Shown here: in pieces, positions 22,908 through 30,085 of the stretch
How the letters are laid out: the number at the start of each line of letters is the position of its first letter
How positions within the stretch are numbered: position 1 is the first letter of the stretch
Assembly: GCA_945787715.1 (NCBI GenBank)
Contig: CALZJE010000003.1
Coordinates: 6,088-70,087, forward strand
Reading direction: 5' to 3'
DNA: 64,000 nucleotides
Origin: an uncultured Ectothiorhodospiraceae bacterium
Lineage (GTDB): Bacteria > Pseudomonadota > Gammaproteobacteria > S012-40
The notes under the pieces: model-generated
What the model was told of the DNA's origin: nothing
Database searches by the model: none
Seen by the model: the letters and a program-made list of their open reading frames with translations, nothing else
Position numbers and translations under genes: made by a program

Positions 22908-23627
22908 ATGCATGATTTAGATCAGACCCAACTCGATTATAGCCGTGCAGAGTTTGATGATGACGAGTTTGAGTTAGAAGGGGAGTTCGAAAATGATATG
23001 GCTGTGTCAGGTGCTGATGAATATGAGGATGAGGATGAGTTTGAAAGTGAATATGAGTTCGAATCCAACTTTGATGGAAACAGTCCTTTTAGTGAAGCAG
23101 AGGAAATGGAGCTTGCTGCGGAATTAATGGAAATTGCAGACGATGGGGAATTGGAATATTTTCTAGGTAGGCTGATTAAACGCGGCGCTCGACGGGTTGG
23201 TCGTAGGCTACGTAAACGTGTAGGTACACGGTTGAGAAAGGGGTTAAAAAGACTTGCTAAACGCGGTTTGAGATTCGCAGGTGGAGCTGTTGGTGGTGCG
23301 TTAGGTGGTCCTGTTGGAGCCGTGGTAGGACGAGCTGCGGGTCGTGGATTGGGAAAAGTGTTTGGACTTGAATTAGAAGGTATGAGTCTGGAAGACCAAG
23401 AGTTTGAAGCAGCGCGTCAATTTGTTCGGCTTGCAGGTGATGCTACCTCTACTGCAACAGCAATTCCCTCTTCTGTTAATGAAGAAGTTGTTGCTCACAA
23501 GGCGCTGAAAAGATCAGTGGTAAAATTTGCACCGGGACTCGCAGGTAAAACCAGACGCTCTGTTCGTGGAGAAAAATCTGGACGCTGGGTTCGTAAAGGT
23601 TCTAGCATCATTCTAATGGGTGTTTGA
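22908..23627 (+). CDS. Tripartite acidic / poly-cationic / glycine-zipper protein (candidate pro-toxin or pro-peptide)
   Basis: 239 aa. Residues 1-85 contain 35 D/E and one Arg (DEYEDEDEFESEYEFES). Residues 88-122 contain 18 R/K and no acidic residue (RLIKRGARRVGRRLRKRVGTRLRKGLKRLAKRGLR). Residues 123-153 contain 12 Gly (AGGAVGGALGGPVGAVVGRAAGRGLGKVFG). The tail is basic (..GRWVRKGSSIILMGV). Strong SD; first gene after the sigma-54 promoter. Confidence 0.7.
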   Translation: MHDLDQTQLDYSRAEFDDDEFELEGEFENDMAVSGADEYEDEDEFESEYEFESNFDGNSPFSEAEEMELAAELMEIADDGELEYFLGRLIKRGARRVGRRLRKRVGTRLRKGLKRLAKRGLRFAGGAVGGALGGPVGAVVGRAAGRGLGKVFGLELEGMSLEDQEFEAARQFVRLAGDATSTATAIPSSVNEEVVAHKALKRSVVKFAPGLAGKTRRSVRGEKSGRWVRKGSSIILMGV

Positions 23628-24946
23628 GTCCCATGACTACCCCGCTGGTACGACAAGTTCTGAGCAATGAGACTCAAGCACTGATGGCTCGTCTCAGAGG
23701 AATTAAGCCGTTTTCCTTACATGTGCCGATGGTTGCTGCCGCTGCTTTGCAAACTTCAGCTCAACAATTGATAGAGCAGCATATGCACAGGGTATTGTCG
23801 TCAGTCGCTCAGATGCTCGGAACATATGAAGACTGGTTAAATAGTGAGGCGGGGCGTCGAACCAAAGATGCCACTGCACAGCGACATCTAACACTGGTGA
23901 GATTGCGTTTCCATGCAGCATTGACGCAGTTTGATCTTTTTTCAGATGTACTTACTCAGCGTAGTGAACATGAGTTTGGTGTCTGGCTCGCTGGACTTGA
24001 TGCACTAGCAGTGGATGCATTAAAAATAGAAGGAAAATACTTCGAACTGCCAGGTGTCGCGTGTTATCTAGATCGAGGAATAGGTGCTGCTATTCGACGG
24101 GTACGTACACGCTTACCTGGCGGGCGTGAAAATCCTGTTGCTATAATTCGAGTTCCTCGTGAGCGGATGATTGGCTCAGGCATCGCTTCATCGTTGGTTC
24201 ATGAAGTCGGGCATCAGGGTGCTGCGTTGCTAAACCTTGTGGAATCATTACGAAAGGAATTGCAGAGAAAAATTCATTCTGACGGATCGCCGTGGCGTTT
24301 ATGGCAACAATGGATATCAGAAATCATTGCTGACTTTTGGTCTGTAGCGCAGATCGGTGTGGGTTCTACTTTGGGTTTAATGGGTGTTGTTAGCTTACCG
24401 CGTGCATTTGTATTTAGAATTAGTGAAGAGGATCCTCATCCTTCACCGTGGATACGAGTCATGTTGAGTGCATCGATTGGCCAAGCCCTTTATCCGGATT
24501 CTCAATGGCGTCGTCTTCGTGAAGTTTGGATGCGTCTTTATCCGCGCACAGGTATCGATCCGGAAAAGGAACAACTGTTTCAAGGTTTGGAAGCTACGAT
24601 ACAGGAGTTTGTTGAGTTATTAACTCAACATCGGCCACGAACACTAGAAGGGATATCATTGTTAGAAATTTTCCCTGTTTCAGATAGACAACCAGATCGG
24701 TTAAGAAACTTATATGGTCAATGGTCAGGGAGGTTTAACGCTTGGCGCACCTCGTCCCCGGCGTTAGCGTTTGCCGTTATCGGACAAGCACGCGCTGATG
24801 ATCGACTAAGTGTATCAGATGAATCGAATCTTATTAATAGACTATTAAACCATTGGGCATTCAATCGAAATGATTTAAATAATCAATGCGGATGTAGACC
24901 TAAGGCGAATGCATATTCAACTGCAGTTATATCTACTGCGTTATAA
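23624..24946 (+). CDS. Orphan HExxH (gluzincin-like) putative metallopeptidase
   Basis: 440 aa. SSLVHEVGHQG (H193-H197, nt 24200-24214) with a candidate third ligand E233 in WISEIIADFW. The TTG 23624 / ATG 23633 start overlaps or abuts the upstream stop, which suggests translational coupling. Confidence 0.55.
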   Translation: MSPMTTPLVRQVLSNETQALMARLRGIKPFSLHVPMVAAAALQTSAQQLIEQHMHRVLSSVAQMLGTYEDWLNSEAGRRTKDATAQRHLTLVRLRFHAALTQFDLFSDVLTQRSEHEFGVWLAGLDALAVDALKIEGKYFELPGVACYLDRGIGAAIRRVRTRLPGGRENPVAIIRVPRERMIGSGIASSLVHEVGHQGAALLNLVESLRKELQRKIHSDGSPWRLWQQWISEIIADFWSVAQIGVGSTLGLMGVVSLPRAFVFRISEEDPHPSPWIRVMLSASIGQALYPDSQWRRLREVWMRLYPRTGIDPEKEQLFQGLEATIQEFVELLTQHRPRTLEGISLLEIFPVSDRQPDRLRNLYGQWSGRFNAWRTSSPALAFAVIGQARADDRLSVSDESNLINRLLNHWAFNRNDLNNQCGCRPKANAYSTAVISTAL

Positions 24947-24957
24947 GGAGTCTTGTA

Positions 24958-26826
24958 ATGAAACAAATAGATAATATATCGATTATACAATCTCACCATG
25001 CCGTAGTGCCGGACGGTGCAGTTTCTCTACGCTTATCAGAGAACTATGTAGATGTAACAAAGTACACATATATTTGGCGTACTCCTGAATCGTTGGGTGA
25101 GTTTAATTATATTGATCAACCCAATGTTATATGGACCGCTCCATTAAAAGCAGCAGGTGTGGTAGAAATAAGCGTAGAGATTATGCCTAAAAGCGGACAG
25201 AGTGGAGGTAAGAAACGCAATACACGTGCTTCATCGGAAAATTCCACGGCTGAATCTACACATCTCGAAAATATAGAGACAATAATCATCTCAACTACGG
25301 TGGAAGTTACGCCAAATGCTTTGCCTTTAGATGTAGTTGGTGCGATTGGAGAAGGTGTTAAGGCTATCAAAGAGGGTCTACCCGGTCAGGAAATACGTTT
25401 GGAGCGACAATTTCCTGCGCTTACGCCTCAAAAATCATTGTGGGCTATTATTCGCGACCGTACCAATGCAATTTCATTTAACAATTACAAAGCATTTATC
25501 GACTCGATTATGTGTGGCGGTGATACCTATCACAGCAAACAGATTCCCCATGAAGTTAAAGAATATGTCAATTTTGATCCGAGTAAATTGCACTACCGAG
25601 GTACCGAGTCGTATGAGGTTTTACGAAAAGCGACAGAAGCATTTCTGATGCATGAAATTGGTGCTTTACCCACTCCCGTAAATGAATCTGAAAAATTTCC
25701 CTTAGCAGACCCTGCTGAACAAAAACGGCGTTTACCACAACTCGCGGGTTCAAATGACGAAGAAGTTCAAATGGAAATGGAAAGTAATCGAACTGAATAT
25801 TTAAAAACATTGGAAGACGAAAGTCGGACCTTTCCTTATTTTAAACTTATCCGCGATCGTTTAAGTGAGATACCCCTTAAACCTCCTGGCTCATCAGGAG
25901 AAGGATGTTATGGATTATTGCGTTCGCGAATTTCACCACCAATTTTACTAGAATTAATCTGGTCTTATTGGCACGAAGAAGGAGGTTTGGTGCAAACAAT
26001 GAAAGCCATTAATATGCGCTTTCAGAACCGTTTATATAATCCACGTAAAAATGGGAGCGATCCGTTGGCTAATCTTAACTTGGATCCGTTACGTCCTATG
26101 AGCAATATTATTTGGGGATATATTCAAAATGAGCACGAGCATTTAACGTTATCAAGACGCGCTTATGAATACGATCATCATTATGGATTCAGTATCGCCG
26201 GAAAGGCAGTACCCAAACTCAACTCTGCCGATAGCCGTACTAAATTTTTAGAGGCGTTTCACAGTCTTCTTCATCGTGCCTCGGTGTTTTACAAAGAGCA
26301 ATCTGATACAACTAAAGTACCCGATGGTTATCCGTTGCTAAATGGATTGAAGGAATGTCATTTGTTGCTGGCTGAAGGTGCACATAACCAATTTGGTGAT
26401 TTACCCTGGACAGCGCGTATTGAAATGCTCATCGAGCAATGGATGTTAGCGCGGCCAGAAACACGGAATTTTTTGAACCGACGAGTGATGGTGCCTTACT
26501 CAGAAGAGTGGATGCCAGCGGTTGATCAAATGAAAGACTTGCAAGGTTGGTCAGGTGGTACCGTGCGTCATTTTCGAGATCTAGGAACGTTCGGTGAACA
26601 AATCTTGTTGTCAGTACGTTATGGAGATTGGAGTGAAAATTTTAATGAAGATGAAGCCAAAATCTGGGCTCAGTATTGGCGACAGGAGATTCAAGGTTAT
26701 ATCAATGCGTATCGTTCAGTAACGAGTGTAGACTTGGGATCGGATGCAGATCTGGCAAATGCTACGCTATCTCGTCAACGATCGACTGCACCTGCCGAGT
26801 TATTGAAACAGCAAGGTACTCGTTGA
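24958..26826 (+). CDS. Large hypothetical protein, no recognisable domain
   Basis: 622-aa uninterrupted ORF with SD AAGGAG 7 nt upstream. An N-terminal ~75-aa beta-rich module and a Ser/Gly/Lys linker are followed by a Trp/His-rich helical body (LLELIWSYWHEEGGLVQTMKAINMRFQN). Confidence 0.6.
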   Translation: MKQIDNISIIQSHHAVVPDGAVSLRLSENYVDVTKYTYIWRTPESLGEFNYIDQPNVIWTAPLKAAGVVEISVEIMPKSGQSGGKKRNTRASSENSTAESTHLENIETIIISTTVEVTPNALPLDVVGAIGEGVKAIKEGLPGQEIRLERQFPALTPQKSLWAIIRDRTNAISFNNYKAFIDSIMCGGDTYHSKQIPHEVKEYVNFDPSKLHYRGTESYEVLRKATEAFLMHEIGALPTPVNESEKFPLADPAEQKRRLPQLAGSNDEEVQMEMESNRTEYLKTLEDESRTFPYFKLIRDRLSEIPLKPPGSSGEGCYGLLRSRISPPILLELIWSYWHEEGGLVQTMKAINMRFQNRLYNPRKNGSDPLANLNLDPLRPMSNIIWGYIQNEHEHLTLSRRAYEYDHHYGFSIAGKAVPKLNSADSRTKFLEAFHSLLHRASVFYKEQSDTTKVPDGYPLLNGLKECHLLLAEGAHNQFGDLPWTARIEMLIEQWMLARPETRNFLNRRVMVPYSEEWMPAVDQMKDLQGWSGGTVRHFRDLGTFGEQILLSVRYGDWSENFNEDEAKIWAQYWRQEIQGYINAYRSVTSVDLGSDADLANATLSRQRSTAPAELLKQQGTR

Positions 26827-26863
26827 TGCCCATGTTTCACCTCAACTCTTACTACTAGGAGGG

Positions 26864-27694
26864 ATGATAATGTTTGAAGATGGAGATTACGATGATTTAC
26901 GTGAGGAAAAGTTTCTGAACTGGCCAGAAAGGAACAGACCTCCACGCCTAAAAAGTCGGATTGCTGCCCTACATCGTTCTTATTCGCCTGATCCAGTAGG
27001 TCGGGTTCAGCGTAATAACTCAATACGATCAAAAGATGATATGGTGGAATTTAATTTTTCAGGTTTAGAAGTAGACGGATTTATTTCACGAGAGGTAGAA
27101 GATGAACAGTTTCTAAATTATTTATGGCCATTCTCATCAGATCCCAATATTGTGGATCGCACAGCTTATTCACCTAAGTCTAAGCGAAAGAAAATTCGAG
27201 ATATTGATACAGTTTATGCACTGGTTTTACATCAAGCAGGCTTTAGTCGTGGAAATGATCCTAAAAAATATAATAATGTGACTTCTCATTTTGTCATTAT
27301 GCCAAACGGAACTATTCTTCAACTCCACCCTTTGACTGCCTATTTATATTCTTCCAATGGGTTTAATCGGGGTAGTGTAGCTGTTGAATTTATCGGTAAT
27401 TTTCCTAGCGAGCGTGGCAGATGCTGGAAACCTGAAAAGTATGGTTGTAATCAGGTTTCAAACGATCAAATTGAGGCAGGTCGACAATTAATTAGATATT
27501 TAAGGAAAAAAATAGGGCTGACTCACGTGTTGGCGCACCGTCAATCGAGTGGTTCGAGAGGCAATGATCCGGGGCCAGACCTTTGGCACCAAGTTGGGCA
27601 ATGGGGTGTAAATAAGCTAGGGCTAAATGATGGGGGGCATGGTTTTAAAATTCAGTCGGGTAAGGCAATTCCTGATTCATGGCGTAAAACTTAG
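26864..27694 (+). CDS. N-acetylmuramoyl-L-alanine amidase, amidase_2 (AmpD/PGRP/T7-lysozyme) fold, no signal peptide
   Basis: YALVLHQAGFS (first His ligand), GSVAVEFIGNF, and LAHRQSSGSRGNDPGPDLW (His, then Asp 10 residues later, followed by DPGP). About 110 aa of unassigned N-terminal extension precede the domain. The likely start is ATG 26870, downstream of AGGAGG. Confidence 0.8.
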   Translation: MIMFEDGDYDDLREEKFLNWPERNRPPRLKSRIAALHRSYSPDPVGRVQRNNSIRSKDDMVEFNFSGLEVDGFISREVEDEQFLNYLWPFSSDPNIVDRTAYSPKSKRKKIRDIDTVYALVLHQAGFSRGNDPKKYNNVTSHFVIMPNGTILQLHPLTAYLYSSNGFNRGSVAVEFIGNFPSERGRCWKPEKYGCNQVSNDQIEAGRQLIRYLRKKIGLTHVLAHRQSSGSRGNDPGPDLWHQVGQWGVNKLGLNDGGHGFKIQSGKAIPDSWRKT

Positions 27695-27730
27695 ATCGAA
27701 AAACCATTAAATATAATCATTGAAGGAAAA

Positions 27731-28645
27731 TTGGTGAGAGATATGAGGTCTTATGAAGAACTAAGTAGAGTTTCCCATGAAAATGGCAAAGATAAAGAGT
27801 TTTATTATAAGTCGAAGGTTAGACCGGTTTCTAATTCTATGGGTGATTTTAGTCAACAGGAAATTGTTGACGATTTTGACGATAGAAAAAGACTTGGCAG
27901 TATCAAAGATACACCTTATAGGTGGATATGCATGCTGGATTTGCACACAAAAAGTGGATTATTTGGTGGGACTGGAGTACTCATTTCCCCCAGACACATT
28001 CTTACGGCTGGGCATAACCTAGATGGTTGTAATAAAGTAGTAGTGGTGCCTGGAATTAATGGTCGCTTCAAGCCATTTGGAAGTTACGAATCTACAACGA
28101 TGATTGCCCACGATAAATGGAAAAAACATAGAGACGATAATTTTGATATTGGCATGATAAAACTTTCCAAACCGGTTGGGAATCAAAGGTTTAATTCAAT
28201 AAAGGGAAATGTTCTGGGTCATTGGGGACATTCTGCTTTCGGAATGGGTACGAGAATTATACCATTTGTGCAGAGCAATCAATTAAACAAAAAAGCAAAT
28301 ATTGCTGGTTATCCAAGTGATAAAGGATTTACGCAGCTTTGGTGGGATGCGGGTAAAATTGTCAATACCGCGCCTGCCAAAGCATCAGGAGCAATCTATT
28401 ACACTATGGATACATGTGGTGCTCAAAGTGGAAGTCCAGTTTGGTTAAGAAGTAAAAGTTCAGGAGCAAGATTTTTAATTGCTATACATAGTGGTCCATG
28501 TTTATTAGATGGCTCAGATTGCAAAGAATTATCTGGAAAGCTTTGTCCCGGTAGTAGTTTACGTAAACCACACTCTTCTAATATGGGGGTATTTTTAACA
28601 GCGGGACTAATTAAGACGATTAGAAGTTGGATTCGCTCTATGTAA
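27731..28645 (+). CDS. S1B (V8-like, COG3591-type) trypsin-fold serine endopeptidase, no signal peptide
   Basis: Catalytic triad contexts ILTAGHNL (His), NFDIGMIKL (Asp) and DTCGAQSGSPVW (Ser, GxSGSPV as in V8/SspA). The likely start is ATG 27746. Confidence 0.8.
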   Translation: MVRDMRSYEELSRVSHENGKDKEFYYKSKVRPVSNSMGDFSQQEIVDDFDDRKRLGSIKDTPYRWICMLDLHTKSGLFGGTGVLISPRHILTAGHNLDGCNKVVVVPGINGRFKPFGSYESTTMIAHDKWKKHRDDNFDIGMIKLSKPVGNQRFNSIKGNVLGHWGHSAFGMGTRIIPFVQSNQLNKKANIAGYPSDKGFTQLWWDAGKIVNTAPAKASGAIYYTMDTCGAQSGSPVWLRSKSSGARFLIAIHSGPCLLDGSDCKELSGKLCPGSSLRKPHSSNMGVFLTAGLIKTIRSWIRSM

Positions 28646-28735
28646 TCGCTATTAGAAATAATACCAAACAAATTTGTTCAACGTTATAAGTATTAAAGGT
28701 TTCGATAACTAACAAGTAAGTGTATTAATGACAGT

Positions 28736-30085
28736 TTATGAATGATTTTCTTGTTGCTTGCGCAACTGTAGCGCTCGCGGCGTAATTTTTAATTGCTTTG
28801 CAATCTTCGCGGTAGAGCCATTATGTTCAGCCATAGCAACATCGATAGCAACATCGGCGGCAGCACTACTAATTTCTTTTAAGCCCACGCCCAGTGAGAG
28901 TGCTTTACGAACAGCGGCTTCAAGATCTCCACGGCGCCAGTCACTCGTTTCTCTTGTGATGTTTTGAAATTCATCGTGGGGTATATCACCGATCGTATAT
29001 TGGCCGTCGCAAACATGACGGCCTCGCATGCGTAAGCAAAGCTGTCGAAGATCACGAATATTACCAGGATAAGCACGATTAATGAGATGGTGCTGTACGG
29101 CTGAGTCGAGTTCTGGATTTATATCATTTTGATGACGGAGGAAATGTTTAGCTAACGATAGAATGTCTTCCTTACGTTGTGAAAGTGATGGCAGCGTAAC
29201 GGTCCAATCTGCGAGACGGTAATAAAGATCACGGCGAAAACGCCCTGCTTCAATTTCTTCTAATAAATTTCGATTTGTAGCGCAGACTAGTCTGAAATCG
29301 GTGTCATGCCATGTGTTGCCACCGACTCGTTTGTAACGTTTTTCTTGAAAAACGCGTAGCAGTTGCACTTGAAGATCCAATGGCAACTCGCCGACTTCGT
29401 CTAGAAATAAGACACCACCGTCGGCCCGCGAAAATGCTCCTTCACGTTGACTACCTGCTCCGGTAAAAGCACCGCGCTCGTGACCAAAAAATTCACTGCC
29501 AGATAGGCTTGGGACAATGGTGGCACAATCTACTATGCTAAGTTCCTGCTGACTACGCAGAGGATCTACGGAATGAATAACTTTTGCAGCGAGTTCTTTT
29601 CCTGTTCCCGTTTCACCGTTAATTAAAACTGCATAATCACTAAATCTCGCGGCTTCAACAATTTGCCTTAAGGCCATTAGCCAAGGTATGCTGTGGCCAA
29701 TGACGATATCTTGTATTTCTGGGGAATTAGTGATTTTATTTACTCTCTCCCAACGACGAAGACGTACTGCAATATGGTCAGCTGTTTTACCTTCGTTGTC
29801 CCATAAGACGACGTCACTCGCGCCAGCTTCAATCAAACGATATACATCGTTACTATTTAGGTAGTCTGGGTTTGTGGTTACTGCGATAACGCGCTGTTGG
29901 GTTCTACAAGAGAATTTAGAAATACAGCTATATACATTGTCATCGGCATGATCGAATACGATAATCGCGGCTTTCGCATTATCTTTTGTATCGTCAATAC
30001 AAAAAATCACGCCTCGATTAATGAGGATTTGATGGATCGAATCGCGATTCACTACACCCAAGCAATTTAGGACTGTCCGTGTCAT
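28736..30085 (-). CDS. Sigma-54-dependent transcriptional activator (bEBP) with atypical receiver-like N-domain
   Basis: AAA+ domain with GETGTGKE, an intact GAFTGA loop ([13 protein letters not shown]), Walker B LFLDEVGEL, and a C-terminal HTH (STAKIAKQLKITPRALQLR). The N-terminal ~120 aa are receiver-like, but VLWD replaces the K-P motif. Convergent with the cassette. Confidence 0.9.
   Translation of the reverse strand: MTRTVLNCLGVVNRDSIHQILINRGVIFCIDDTKDNAKAAIIVFDHADDNVYSCISKFSCRTQQRVIAVTTNPDYLNSNDVYRLIEAGASDVVLWDNEGKTADHIAVRLRRWERVNKITNSPEIQDIVIGHSIPWLMALRQIVEAARFSDYAVLINGETGTGKELAAKVIHSVDPLRSQQELSIVDCATIVPSLSGSEFFGHERGAFTGAGSQREGAFSRADGGVLFLDEVGELPLDLQVQLLRVFQEKRYKRVGGNTWHDTDFRLVCATNRNLLEEIEAGRFRRDLYYRLADWTVTLPSLSQRKEDILSLAKHFLRHQNDINPELDSAVQHHLINRAYPGNIRDLRQLCLRMRGRHVCDGQYTIGDIPHDEFQNITRETSDWRRGDLEAAVRKALSLGVGLKEISSAAADVAIDVAMAEHNGSTAKIAKQLKITPRALQLRKQQENHS

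Noticed and set aside
28667-28678. Palindrome AACAAATTTGTT between the convergent protease and bEBP genes, considered as a terminator.
   Set aside because: It is a mostly A/T 6-bp stem with no loop and no T-run, so it is too weak to call. I found no convincing terminator in this 90-bp spacer.
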